Shown here: one piece after another, positions 8,300-18,556 of the stretch | Layout of the letters: each line of letters begins with the position of its first letter | Numbering within the stretch: the first letter of the stretch is position 1 | NCBI GenBank assembly: GCA_015057405.1 | Contig: SVEK01000010.1 | Coordinates: forward strand, 5,538-69,537 | Length of the DNA: 64,000 nt | Direction: 5' to 3' | Source of the DNA: Lachnospiraceae bacterium | Lineage (GTDB): Bacteria > Bacillota > Clostridia > Lachnospirales > Lachnospiraceae | Program-made: the position numbers and the translations under genes | Notes under the pieces: generated by a model | The model's input: the letters and a program-made list of their open reading frames with translations, nothing else | What the model was told of the DNA's origin: nothing | The model's database searches: none

Positions 8300-9319
8300 A
8301 TGAAGGAGAAGCTTAGTAAGATTGTTGAGGAAGCACTTGCAGGCATTGAGAATTCAGAACATCTTGAAAAACTTAATGAGATAAGAGTAGCTTACCTTGG
8401 CAAAAAAGGAGAACTCACATCTGTTCTTAAAGGTATGAAGGATGTACTTCCGGAGGACAGACCAAAGGTTGGACAGATGGTAAATGATGCAAGAGCAGTA
8501 ATTGAAGAAAAACTTGAGGCAAAGAAAGCAGCATTTGAGAAAAGGATTCTTGAAGAAAAAATAGCAAGTGAAACTATCGATGTAACATTGCCGGGACATA
8601 CACCTGTTGCCGGTCATAAACATCCTAACACAATAGCTCTTGATGATGTTGAAAGAATATTTATCGGAATGGGATATGAAGTTGTTGAAGGACCGGAGAT
8701 TGAGTACGATTATTACAATTTTGAAGCACTTAATATTCCGGCTAATCACCCTGCCAAGGATGAACAGGACACATTTTATATTAATAGTGACATAGTTCTT
8801 AGAACTCAGACATCATCAGTTCAGGTTCATGAAATGGAAAAAGGTAAGCTCCCGATAAGAATGATAGCACCGGGAAGAGTATTTCGTTCTGATGAGGTGG
8901 ATGCAACTCATTCTCCTTCATTTAACCAGATTGAAGGTCTTGTTATTGATGAAAATGTAACTTTTGCTGACCTTAAAGGAACTTTGGCTGAGTTTGCAAA
9001 GGAGATGTTCGGTGAGAAAACTAAAGTTCGTTTCAGACCGCATCATTTCCCATTCACAGAGCCTAGTGCCGAGATGGATGTGTCATGTTTCAAATGTGGT
9101 GGCAGCGGATGTCGTTTTTGTAAGGGCGAGGGCTGGATAGAGATTCTTGGATGCGGAATGGTTCACCCAAGAGTATTGGAGATGCGTGATATTGATGCTG
9201 TTAAGTATCAGGGATTTGCATTTGGTATCGGTTTGGAAAGAATTGCCCTTCTCAAGTATGAGATAGATGATATGAGACTGTTATATGAAAATGATGTTAG
9301 ATTTTTAAGTCAGTTCTAA
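8300..9319 (+). CDS. pheS: Phenylalanine--tRNA ligase alpha subunit
   Basis: LRTQTSSVQ, FRPHHFPFTEPS and GFAFGIGLERIA motifs. Confidence 0.98.
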   Translation: MKEKLSKIVEEALAGIENSEHLEKLNEIRVAYLGKKGELTSVLKGMKDVLPEDRPKVGQMVNDARAVIEEKLEAKKAAFEKRILEEKIASETIDVTLPGHTPVAGHKHPNTIALDDVERIFIGMGYEVVEGPEIEYDYYNFEALNIPANHPAKDEQDTFYINSDIVLRTQTSSVQVHEMEKGKLPIRMIAPGRVFRSDEVDATHSPSFNQIEGLVIDENVTFADLKGTLAEFAKEMFGEKTKVRFRPHHFPFTEPSAEMDVSCFKCGGSGCRFCKGEGWIEILGCGMVHPRVLEMRDIDAVKYQGFAFGIGLERIALLKYEIDDMRLLYENDVRFLSQF

Positions 9320-9345
9320 TAAATAATAAAATGGAGGAATAATAT

Positions 9346-11784
9346 ATGAATACGCCATTATCGTGGATAAAAGCATATGTTCCTGAGCTTGACTGTGATG
9401 CTAAGGAATTTGCAGATGCTATGACTTTGTCGGGAACTAAAGTTGAAGGATATACTAAGTTTGATGACGGCCTTGAAAAAATAGTTGTTGGTAAAATTAC
9501 TAAGATTGAAAGACACCCTGATGCGGATAAGCTTGTTATTTGTCAGGTTGTTATTGATGCGGACGGAACAAGTACACAGATTGTAACCGGAGCACCTAAT
9601 GTATTTGAAGGGGCTTTGATTCCTGTTGTTCTTGACGGAGGACGTGTTGCAGGTGACCATTCAGGCAAGAGAGTGCCGGGTGGTGTTAAGATAAAGAAGG
9701 GTAAGTTAAGAGGAATCGAGTCAAATGGAATGATGTGTTCTATTGAAGAACTTGGCTCAACAACTGATATGTATCCTGATGCAGCTGAGGATGGAATTTA
9801 CATTTTTAATGATAATCCTGAATATTCAAAAGCAACACCGGGAGATGACGTGGTATCCCTTCTTGGTCTTAGAGATGTTAGTTTTGAGTACGAAATAACT
9901 TCTAACCGAGTTGATTGTTTTTCTGTAATAGGTATTGCAAGAGAAGCGGCAGCTACATTCAGAAAGCCGTTTATTCCGCCTGTTGTTACCAAGACCGGTA
10001 ATAATGAAAATGCGTCGGATTATATTACCGTAGAGGTGAAGGACCCTGATTTGTGTCCGAGATATGTTGCAAGAATTGTAAAAAATATTAAGATAGCACC
10101 GTCACCTGAATGGATGCAGAGACGTCTTGCGGCATGTGGTATCAGACCTATCAATAACATAGTTGATATTACCAATTACGTAATGGAAGAGTATGGTCAG
10201 CCGATGCATGCATTTGATTATGACACTCTTGAAGACAAAAAGATTATTGTAAGACGTGCAAATGATGGAGAGAAGTTCCAGACTCTTGATGGTCAGGAAA
10301 GAGAACTTGACTCAGATATTCTTATGATATGCGACGGTAAAAAACCGGTTGGTATCGCAGGAATAATGGGTGGTGAAAATTCTAAGATTACTGATGAGGT
10401 TAAAACAATGCTTTTTGAAGCTGCATGTTTTGACGGAACTAATATTCGTCTTTCAGGTAAGAGACTGGGTATGAGAACTGATGCTCAGACTAAGTTTGAA
10501 AAAGGTCTTGACCCTGAGAATGCCATGGAAGCAATTAACAGAGCATGCCAGCTTATTGAAGAACTTGGTGCAGGTGAAGTGGTTGGTGGTTGTGTTGATG
10601 TTTATAACACAAAAAAAGAGCCTGTTACAATAGAGTATGATGTTGAAAGAATCAATCGTCTTCTTGGAACTGATATTGGAGAAGATGAGATGGTATCTTA
10701 TTTTGAAATGGTAGATCTTTCAGTTGATAAAGATAAGAAACTCGTTACAGTTCCTACATGGAGACAGGATGTATTAAGACTTGCGGATCTTGCAGAAGAA
10801 GTGGCTCGTTTTTACGGATATGACAAGATACCTTCAACACTTCCTAAGGGAGAAGCTACTGCAGGCGGTCTTTCATATAAACTTAGAATTGAATCGATTG
10901 CCCGCAATGTGGCAGAACATCTTGGTTTCTGTGAAGCAAGCACATATTCATTTGAAAGTCCTAAGGTATTTGATAAGTTAAGACTTGATGCAGATGATGC
11001 GGCGCGCGAAGCAGTTGTAATTTCTAATCCTCTTGGTGAAGATTACAGTATCATGAGAACGCTTACCCTTAACGGAATGCTTACTTCATTATCAACCAAT
11101 TACAACAGACGTAATAAAAATGTCAGACTCTATGAGATGGCCAATATATATATTCCAAAGAGTCTTCCTGTTACAGAGCTCCCTAATGAATATATGCAGA
11201 TGACATTTGGTATGTACGGCGGATGTGATTTTTATGATATGAAGGGTATTGTAGAAGCAGTTATTACTAAGTGCGGACTTAAGAATGGGATTTCATATGA
11301 CGCACAGGCAGGTAAAAACTACCTTCATCCGGGGCGTCAGGCTAACATAGTATACAATAATAATGTAATCGGCTATCTTGGCGAAGTTCATCCTGAGGTT
11401 CTTGACAGTTACTCAATAAAAGAAAAAGCCTATGTTGCTGTTATTGATATGAGATTTGTAGTTGAGTATGCAAACTTCAACACCAAATTCAAGGGACTTC
11501 CGAAGTATCCGGCAGTAACAAGAGATATTAGTCTTGTAATGGATAAGAGTGTTCAGGCCGGAAGTATAGAAGAGATTATTCGTAAAAAAGGCGGAAAACT
11601 CATGGAACAGTGCGAATTGTTTGATATATACGAAGGTGACCGTATTGGTGCCAATATGAAGTCTCTGGCATATTCAATTCGTTTCCGTGCTTTGGACAGA
11701 ACACTTGAAGATAAAGACGTTAATGAAATAATGGAGAAGATAATTAGTTCTCTTTCTGATATCGGAGCAACTTTAAGAGCTTAA
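9346..11784 (+). CDS. pheT: Phenylalanine--tRNA ligase beta subunit
   Basis: HPDADKL, ITSNRVDC, RPINNIVDITNY and DLAEEVAR motifs, C-terminal FDX-ACB domain. Confidence 0.98.
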   Translation: MNTPLSWIKAYVPELDCDAKEFADAMTLSGTKVEGYTKFDDGLEKIVVGKITKIERHPDADKLVICQVVIDADGTSTQIVTGAPNVFEGALIPVVLDGGRVAGDHSGKRVPGGVKIKKGKLRGIESNGMMCSIEELGSTTDMYPDAAEDGIYIFNDNPEYSKATPGDDVVSLLGLRDVSFEYEITSNRVDCFSVIGIAREAAATFRKPFIPPVVTKTGNNENASDYITVEVKDPDLCPRYVARIVKNIKIAPSPEWMQRRLAACGIRPINNIVDITNYVMEEYGQPMHAFDYDTLEDKKIIVRRANDGEKFQTLDGQERELDSDILMICDGKKPVGIAGIMGGENSKITDEVKTMLFEAACFDGTNIRLSGKRLGMRTDAQTKFEKGLDPENAMEAINRACQLIEELGAGEVVGGCVDVYNTKKEPVTIEYDVERINRLLGTDIGEDEMVSYFEMVDLSVDKDKKLVTVPTWRQDVLRLADLAEEVARFYGYDKIPSTLPKGEATAGGLSYKLRIESIARNVAEHLGFCEASTYSFESPKVFDKLRLDADDAAREAVVISNPLGEDYSIMRTLTLNGMLTSLSTNYNRRNKNVRLYEMANIYIPKSLPVTELPNEYMQMTFGMYGGCDFYDMKGIVEAVITKCGLKNGISYDAQAGKNYLHPGRQANIVYNNNVIGYLGEVHPEVLDSYSIKEKAYVAVIDMRFVVEYANFNTKFKGLPKYPAVTRDISLVMDKSVQAGSIEEIIRKKGGKLMEQCELFDIYEGDRIGANMKSLAYSIRFRALDRTLEDKDVNEIMEKIISSLSDIGATLRA

Positions 11785-11847
11785 ACGAGTGTTAAGGTGA
11801 ATGAGTTTGTTGTTAAATCCGGTATTGATTAATGGTAAGGATGGAGA

Positions 11848-13152
11848 ATGGATATGGAAGAGTTTGTTGGAAATGTATTGGGGATACTGGCATTAATACT
11901 GCCTGTAGTATTAGTATTAATACTTCTTTGCAGGATATTTGGGTGTAATAAAATACCGTTGATAATGGGTAGCAGGGAGGATTATTCGCTGTATTCACCG
12001 AAAAAAACAGATGTTTTAAGTGTGGGAATTCAGGCACTATTGTTTCGATTGCTGATATACTACATTGCTTTTCTACTTTTAAAGTTAACATATATGAGTG
12101 GAGGAAGCTATCTTGAATGGTGGACTAAGTGGGATGCTACCAATTATATCGGAATTGCCAGCGGAGGATATGACGAGATAACTACTGACGGAGTTGTCAA
12201 TATGGGAAACGGTGTTCTGCAGACACTGGTGTTTCTTCCGTTATATCCTACACTTGTGGCAGGAATTAACTATATAATTCAGAATGTTTATATTTCGGCT
12301 CTTGTTGTATCAACCATATGTTTTACCGTTGGAATTATGGCATTGTATTTGGCCATTGCAAACAGATATGGTAAGTCAATAGCTGAAAAAACAGTTATTC
12401 TCATTTCTGTAAGTCCTTTTGCATTTTATTTTGGCGGGATGTTGCCGGAGAGTACTTTTTTAATGGTAACGGCACTTTGTATGTATTTTACCATTAAAAG
12501 AAGATGGTGGCTGGCAGGCCTCATGGGAGTTTTGTGCGGAACTGCGAGACTTCAGGGTGTAATAATTATTGTATTTATGGGTATTGAGTGGTTTGAGGAC
12601 AAGCAGATAGTTGAACACATTAAGAATAAAGACTGGAAAAAGTTCGGTGAGGCTTTTAAGGTGTTTCCGGCTCTTTTGCTTCCGTTTATGGGGACAGTTA
12701 TTTATCTTATTGTAAATTATGCTTACACTAAAGATTTTACGTACTTTATGAAATTGCAAAGTAATGTGTGGGCACATTCCTTCACAGATATGTATCATGC
12801 GATGAAATGTATGTGGAGCAGTTTGCTGGAATATGAGTTCGAAATCAGACTGTCTGTATGGATACCGCAGATACTTATATATTTCATTACAATAATACTT
12901 ATGTTTGTCGGACTAAAAAGACACAAGAACTCCATGATTGCATATCTTTTGGTGTACCTTATAATCAGTTATTCGACAGATTTTCTTGCAAGCGGCGGCA
13001 GATATATGAGTGCTGCAATTCCGTTTTTTGTTCTGCTTGGAGAACTGTGTGAAAGAAAACCGGTTTGTTACAGATGGTCTGTGGCAATGGGATTACTCTT
13101 ACAGGTTATTTTGATGGGATGTCACGTGAGTGGATGGCACATGGTTACATAA
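11848..13152 (+). CDS. GT-C fold integral membrane glycosyltransferase (PIG-V/mannosyltransferase-like)
   Basis: KWDATNYIGIASGGY and FLPLYP motifs, many TM helices. Confidence 0.75.
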   Translation: MDMEEFVGNVLGILALILPVVLVLILLCRIFGCNKIPLIMGSREDYSLYSPKKTDVLSVGIQALLFRLLIYYIAFLLLKLTYMSGGSYLEWWTKWDATNYIGIASGGYDEITTDGVVNMGNGVLQTLVFLPLYPTLVAGINYIIQNVYISALVVSTICFTVGIMALYLAIANRYGKSIAEKTVILISVSPFAFYFGGMLPESTFLMVTALCMYFTIKRRWWLAGLMGVLCGTARLQGVIIIVFMGIEWFEDKQIVEHIKNKDWKKFGEAFKVFPALLLPFMGTVIYLIVNYAYTKDFTYFMKLQSNVWAHSFTDMYHAMKCMWSSLLEYEFEIRLSVWIPQILIYFITIILMFVGLKRHKNSMIAYLLVYLIISYSTDFLASGGRYMSAAIPFFVLLGELCERKPVCYRWSVAMGLLLQVILMGCHVSGWHMVT

Positions 13153-13197
13153 CATTTGGTATGGTTATTTTGTAAAAATTAAGTGAGGATTATATTT

Positions 13198-14214
13198 ATG
13201 AAAAATAATAATTCTATAGCAGACATTGATGTGACTATTACGTGGGTAGACGGTAATGACCCTGAATGGTTGGAATGCAAAAGAGAATATATGCCTAAAA
13301 AAAACAATTCTTATAAAGCCTCGTCAGATGAATCGAGATTCAGGGATTGGAATAATCTGCAGTATATTTTCAGAGGGATAGAAAGGTTTATGCCATGGGT
13401 TAGGAAAGTACATTTTGTAACCTGGGGACATTTGCCGGAATGGCTTAATACATCCAATCCAAAACTGAATATTGTCAACCACAAGGATTATATACCTGAA
13501 AAGTATCTTCCTGTGTTTAACAGTAATGCAATAGAACTTAATTTTAACAGAATTGAAGGTTTGTCAGAGCAATTTATCAGTTTTAATGATGATTTTTTTG
13601 TTATTGGACCGACCAAACCGACTGATTTTTTTTATGAGGGACGACCAAGACATACGGCGGTTTTAACACCTTTTGTTGTTAATCCAAATGGAATAGCTGC
13701 ATCAGAGATGAATAATCTTGAGATTGTTAATAAGTATTTTTCTAATGCTGATATTAAGAAAAATATGTCAAAATGGATTAACATCAAATACGGTAAGCAG
13801 AATATTAAAACATTATTTTTTATGAAGTCGCCGAATATTAACGGGATATATGAACCGCATATTCCGCTTAGTTTTTTGAAATCGACTTTTGAAATGATGT
13901 GGGAAAAAGAATATGAAGCTATGGATGGAACGTGCTGTAATCGTTTTCGTTCAAAGTCAGATATATCACTATGGCTCATGCGTCACTGGCAGATGTTATC
14001 CGGTGAATTTGAACCAAGACCTTATGCATTTGGAAAATATTTGTGTCTTCCAAATGGACTTGCTGAGGTGGAAAGGGTGCTTGAACATCCCGGTAAGTGC
14101 AGATTGTTGTGTATAAATGATAGTATGGCTATTGATGACTTTGAAAATATTAAATCAAGAGTTAACAATGCTCTGAATAAACTTTTGCCTGAAAAAAGTG
14201 GATTTGAACTTTAA
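13198..14214 (+). CDS. Stealth family polysaccharide hexose-1-phosphate transferase
   Basis: CR1 IDVTITWVDGND, CR2 FNSNAIE...FNDDFF, CR4 CIND. Confidence 0.9.
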   Translation: MKNNNSIADIDVTITWVDGNDPEWLECKREYMPKKNNSYKASSDESRFRDWNNLQYIFRGIERFMPWVRKVHFVTWGHLPEWLNTSNPKLNIVNHKDYIPEKYLPVFNSNAIELNFNRIEGLSEQFISFNDDFFVIGPTKPTDFFYEGRPRHTAVLTPFVVNPNGIAASEMNNLEIVNKYFSNADIKKNMSKWINIKYGKQNIKTLFFMKSPNINGIYEPHIPLSFLKSTFEMMWEKEYEAMDGTCCNRFRSKSDISLWLMRHWQMLSGEFEPRPYAFGKYLCLPNGLAEVERVLEHPGKCRLLCINDSMAIDDFENIKSRVNNALNKLLPEKSGFEL

Positions 14215-14237
14215 TTTTAATTGTCACGGAGAGCAGA

Positions 14238-15419
14238 ATGAAGAAATTGATTAAGCGGATTATCAGAACCGGCCTTACTTTACTGTACCGAATAATGAGT
14301 TATGTGTTGCCTGTAAAATCAAATGTTATTGTATTTGAGGCGTACACAGGCAGAAATTATTCCGGTAACGTTAGAGCCATATATGAGAATATGGTAAAAA
14401 AAGGGTTAGACAATAAGTATAAACTGGTCTGGTCCATGCAAAACCCGGAGGTGATAATTCCGGGCAACGTAACAATAGTAAAAAGAACCAGACTGAAATA
14501 CTTGTACTACATGGCTGTTGCAAAGGTGTGGATATCAGACAGCAGAATGCCGTTATGGCTTAGAAAACGTAAAAAATGTAAGTTCATTCAGACATGGCAC
14601 GGAACACCGCTAAAGCAATTGGCTTTAGATATGAAGCAGGTAAATATGGCAGAATCCGGAGGACTAGATAAGTTCAGGGCAAGCTACAAAAAAAATTCAG
14701 TCATGTGGGATTATCTTATTTCTCAGAATTCTTTTTCTACCGCAATTTTTCGCAGTTGTTTTGCCTACGATAAAGACATTTTGGAAATTGGTTATCCGAG
14801 AAATGATGTGCTGATTTCTTCGAACAAAGAGGCCGATATTATTGAATTGAAGAAAAAGTATGATCTTCCTTTGGATAAAAAGATTATCTTGTATGCGCCA
14901 ACCTGGCGTGATGATCAATATTACGGCAAAGACAGTTATAAGTTTAACACTCCTATGGAGTTTGATAAGATGAGAGATTGTCTTGGCGAAAAGTATTGCC
15001 TTATAGTAAAGCTTCATCACCTGATAAGTGATTCCGTTGACTGGAAGGCTTATGAAGGTTTCATATATGACTGTAATGGATGTCAGGACATAGCGGAATT
15101 ATTTCTCATTTCGGACATGCTTATAACAGATTATTCCTCGGTAATGTTTGATTACAGTATACTGAAACGGCCAATAATTTTCTTTACGTATGATTTGGAA
15201 CACTATAAGAATAATCTGCACGATTTTTATTTTGATTTTCTTGGAACTGCTCCGGGACCTGTTGTGGAAACAACAAAAGACTTGATTGAAGCAATTGATT
15301 GTTATGATGCTGATAGCTGGAAGGAGCTTTATGATGCATTTAACAGAACGTATAATCACGCGGATTGTGGAAATGCGTCGGATATGGTGGTTGAATTAAT
15401 TGAATCATTTAATCGGTAG
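14238..15419 (+). CDS. CDP-glycerol:glycerophosphate transferase (TagB/TagF family)
   Basis: QTWHGTPLK, GYPRND, YAPTWRD and ITDYSSVMFD motifs. Confidence 0.93.
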   Translation: MKKLIKRIIRTGLTLLYRIMSYVLPVKSNVIVFEAYTGRNYSGNVRAIYENMVKKGLDNKYKLVWSMQNPEVIIPGNVTIVKRTRLKYLYYMAVAKVWISDSRMPLWLRKRKKCKFIQTWHGTPLKQLALDMKQVNMAESGGLDKFRASYKKNSVMWDYLISQNSFSTAIFRSCFAYDKDILEIGYPRNDVLISSNKEADIIELKKKYDLPLDKKIILYAPTWRDDQYYGKDSYKFNTPMEFDKMRDCLGEKYCLIVKLHHLISDSVDWKAYEGFIYDCNGCQDIAELFLISDMLITDYSSVMFDYSILKRPIIFFTYDLEHYKNNLHDFYFDFLGTAPGPVVETTKDLIEAIDCYDADSWKELYDAFNRTYNHADCGNASDMVVELIESFNR

Positions 15420-15427
15420 AATTATCG

Positions 15428-15465
15428 AAAAAGTCCAATGCCATTATATGGGAGTGGACTTTTTT
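15428..15465 (+). terminator. Intrinsic terminator
   Basis: Stem aaaaagtcca...tggacttttt ending in a T run. Confidence 0.7.
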
Positions 15466-15618
15466 ACTTGATCCATGTATAACAGAGTGTCCAAGGTCGG
15501 GGACTGTTAAATATGAGGCTCTGTCTCTGTAACCGGTGTTAAAATTTAAAAGAAAGGAAAATGTGGTGATTTCTTGAGATTTACTCTTGACAGGATGTCA
15601 CTTCATAACAGGTGGATT

Positions 15619-16009
15619 ATGAATAAAAAAACAATAATTATATTCTTTTTAGTATTGGTGTTAGGTTCTATAATTGTAGTTACAACGGTCTTTAATTCAG
15701 AGTCTAAATTGATTGATTGATTGTAAGCTAAGTAATGTTAAAGAGATTAGAGTATTTGATAATGCGTCAGAGAAGATATTTACTGATTCAGAAGAATTTG
15801 AAAGAATTATAGACTATTTGAATTCTATTGATGCAACTCCAAAGGAACCTGATGATGTCGATGGATTTGCTTATCTGATTGATATAACGTACAATGATGG
15901 GACAACAACACCAATTGTATTGCGAGGCAACGCAATCGTCGTAGACGAAAAATACTATTCTATATCTGAAGAAGCAAGTGATGGATTTAAAGATTCGTAT
16001 AATAAATAA
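15619..16009 (+). pseudogene. Small exported/membrane-anchored protein gene, frameshifted by one extra ATTG unit
   Basis: ATG at 15619 opens MNKKTIIIFFLVLVLGSIIVVTTVFNSESKLID and stops at 15718-15720. The track ORF 15713-16009 is offset by 4 nt. Removing one ATTG fuses the two. Confidence 0.75.
15708..15723 (+). repeat. (ATTG)4 tetranucleotide tract
   Basis: aaATTGATTGATTGATTGtaag, read directly from the sequence. Confidence 0.95.
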
Positions 16010-16175
16010 TACTTATTCAATGGAGTATTATGTTTTGTGAGCATCATAGCAAAGTGGATAAAACATAATCATCCCGGTCGGAGTATTGGCGTATAAATAG
16101 TGAAAAAGAGTAATCCCGAACAAACAGTCTATAAAAACAAATGATAGTCCACAAAACAGACTGACAGCTTGCGAA

Positions 16176-16337
16176 AACGGATGATGGATTCCATGAAGGG
16201 ATATTTGCGTCCGTCAGTACTTAATGAGTGCCAAGCACGAATTTAGTACTGCTACGTGACGCAATTAAGCGAAAGCGATCCCGAAATGGAACCATCATCC
16301 GTTAATTCATACAGAACCATCATCCGTTAATTCATAC
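16176..16337. repeat. Nested-hairpin REP/MITE-like element with a 24-bp tandem duplication of its right end
   Basis: Terminal inverted repeats at 16176-16192 and 16288-16303, internal nested stems, and GAACCATCATCCGTTAATTCATAC at both 16289-16312 and 16314-16337. Confidence 0.75.
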
Positions 16338-16343
16338 TCCGAT

Positions 16344-16372
16344 TTGACTTTGATAATCAATATTGCTATAAT
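16344..16372 (+). promoter_or_regulatory. SigA-type promoter of the ABC exporter/tagD operon
   Basis: TTGACT-17 bp-TATAAT with a TG extended -10. Confidence 0.75.
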
Positions 16373-16429
16373 GCATTATGTATGTGTATTTAGAAAAGGT
16401 AAATAATACCATGTTATAGGAGTTAATAA

Positions 16430-17230
16430 ATGGGCAAGAAGACAAGTCAGATTTTTTTGAATTTTAAAAAATATAAGTTCCTTTTATCACAGTTGGTGGT
16501 TAAAGATATTAAGCTAAAATACAGGAGATCGTATCTTGGAATTGTTTGGACGTTGATTGAACCGCTTCTTACAATGGTAGTTCTTACGATGGTTTTCTCG
16601 GCATTCCTTGGTAAGAGTGGAGAAGCAGGTGCACTTCCGTTTCCTGTTTATATTCTTGTAGGACGTCTTTTATACTCTTTCTTTTCGGGAGCCACAAAAG
16701 GAGCTATGAAGTCCATCAGAAGTAATGCGGCAATGATTAAAAAGGTATATGTGCCTAAATATATGTATCCGTTAGCATCCATATTATCCAATTTTATTAT
16801 TTTTCTTATATCACTGATTGTTTTGTTCGGTGTGGCTATTATTATGCGTGTGACACCGTCGTTCTGGATGTTTGCTGCAATTGTTCCTATTATTCAGCTC
16901 CTCCTCATATGCATAGGTGTTGGTCTGTTTTTGTCAACACTTGCGGTATTTTTCAGAGATTTGGAGTATTTGTGGGGAGTTGCACTGATGCTTATTATGT
17001 ATACCTGTGCAATCTTTTACGAAGCCGACAGACTATATGCGGCCGGATACGGGTGGCTTTTGGATATTAATCCACTTTACGGAACAATTCGAAATTTCAG
17101 AGAGTGCATAAGCGGAGCCGGATTTCATATGCCGTCATTATTATATTGTACGATATTTGGTGTGGTTTCAATTATCATAGGTGCATTTGTGTTCTACAAA
17201 AAACAGGATGAATTTATACTGAATTTGTAA
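16430..17230 (+). CDS. ABC-2 type polysaccharide/teichoic acid exporter permease (TagG/Wzm)
   Basis: KLKYRRSYLGIVW and FRDLEYLW motifs, 6 TM. Confidence 0.92.
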   Translation: MGKKTSQIFLNFKKYKFLLSQLVVKDIKLKYRRSYLGIVWTLIEPLLTMVVLTMVFSAFLGKSGEAGALPFPVYILVGRLLYSFFSGATKGAMKSIRSNAAMIKKVYVPKYMYPLASILSNFIIFLISLIVLFGVAIIMRVTPSFWMFAAIVPIIQLLLICIGVGLFLSTLAVFFRDLEYLWGVALMLIMYTCAIFYEADRLYAAGYGWLLDINPLYGTIRNFRECISGAGFHMPSLLYCTIFGVVSIIIGAFVFYKKQDEFILNL

Positions 17231-17264
17231 AGGATGATATTACAAACCGGAATGGAGAGAATAT

Positions 17265-18032
17265 ATGGGTAAAATAGCGATTAAGGTTGAAGGAGTTGGA
17301 ATGAAGTTTAACCTTAGCTCTAACAAAGTAGATAACCTTAAAGAATATTTTGTTCGTTTTATAAAAAGGGACATTATGTACAAGGAATTCTGGGCACTTA
17401 AGGATGTTGACTTTACAATCAACAAAGGTGACAGAGTTGCACTTCTTGGTCATAACGGAGCAGGTAAAAGTACAATATTAAAGGTTATTGCAGGCGTACT
17501 TAAACCTACTGAAGGTAAAGTGTCTGTAAATGGCAAGGTAGTTCCGTTGCTTGAACTTGGTGCCGGATTTGATTCACAGTATACCGGAGCTGAGAATATA
17601 TATTTGTACGGAGCTATTCTTGGTTATTCCAAAGAATTTATCGATTCAAAATTTAATGAGATTGTTGAGTTTTCTGAACTGGGTGATTTTATCAATGTGC
17701 CGGTTAAGAATTATTCTTCAGGAATGAAAGCAAGACTGGGATTCTCAATAGCTACTGTTGTAGAGCCTGAGATTTTGATTCTTGATGAAGTGTTATCTGT
17801 TGGTGATGCAAAATTTAAGAAAAAGAGTCTGAATCGTGTGAAGGGAATGATGAAGCAGGGTGTTACCGTTTTATTTGTATCCCATTCAATGAAACAGGTT
17901 AGAAGTGTATGTAACAAGGCAATATTGTTAGAAAAAGGAAAAGTAGTATATAAGGGTGACCTTGAAGAGGCAATTAGTTTGTATGAAGAGGATTTGCCGG
18001 AAGATTCTAAGGCTGCTAAGAAAAAGGAATAA
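17265..18032 (+). CDS. Polysaccharide/teichoic acid exporter ATP-binding subunit (TagH/Wzt)
   Basis: GHNGAGKST Walker A, YSSGMKARL, ILDEVLSVGD. Confidence 0.93.
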   Translation: MGKIAIKVEGVGMKFNLSSNKVDNLKEYFVRFIKRDIMYKEFWALKDVDFTINKGDRVALLGHNGAGKSTILKVIAGVLKPTEGKVSVNGKVVPLLELGAGFDSQYTGAENIYLYGAILGYSKEFIDSKFNEIVEFSELGDFINVPVKNYSSGMKARLGFSIATVVEPEILILDEVLSVGDAKFKKKSLNRVKGMMKQGVTVLFVSHSMKQVRSVCNKAILLEKGKVVYKGDLEEAISLYEEDLPEDSKAAKKKE

Positions 18033-18088
18033 TAATTGGTAACGATAAAGTGTATTTTGTGACTAATGTCAGAAAGGCGGAATGAATA

Positions 18089-18484
18089 ATGAAAAAAGTT
18101 ATTACTTACGGAACGTACGATTTGTTACATGTGGGACATATTAATCTTTTGAGAAGAGCAAAAGAATACGGAGATTATCTTTTGGTAGTTCTTTCAAGTG
18201 ATGAGTTTAATGCAATCAAAAATAAAAAGGCTTATCATCCGTATGAAGACCGTAAGATTATTCTTGAGTCTATAAAATATGTAGATGAAGTTATTCCGGA
18301 GTATACATGGGAACAAAAAATAAAAGATGTTCAGGATAATGATATAGATGTATTTGTTATGGGAGACGACTGGAAAGGAAAGTTTGATTTCCTTGAAGAA
18401 TATTGTGAAGTTGTTTATCTTCCGAGAACGGAGGGCATATCTACTACAAAAATCAAGAATGACCTTAATCTTGGGAACAAGTAA
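18089..18484 (+). CDS. tagD: Glycerol-3-phosphate cytidylyltransferase
   Basis: TYGTYDLLHVGH and RTEGISTT motifs. Confidence 0.95.
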   Translation: MKKVITYGTYDLLHVGHINLLRRAKEYGDYLLVVLSSDEFNAIKNKKAYHPYEDRKIILESIKYVDEVIPEYTWEQKIKDVQDNDIDVFVMGDDWKGKFDFLEEYCEVVYLPRTEGISTTKIKNDLNLGNK

Positions 18485-18556
18485 TTTCATTGTTGAAGAG
18501 TATGGCAGATATTTAATGTTTGAATGTTCGAAGAGACAATTTCGGAGGAATATACA

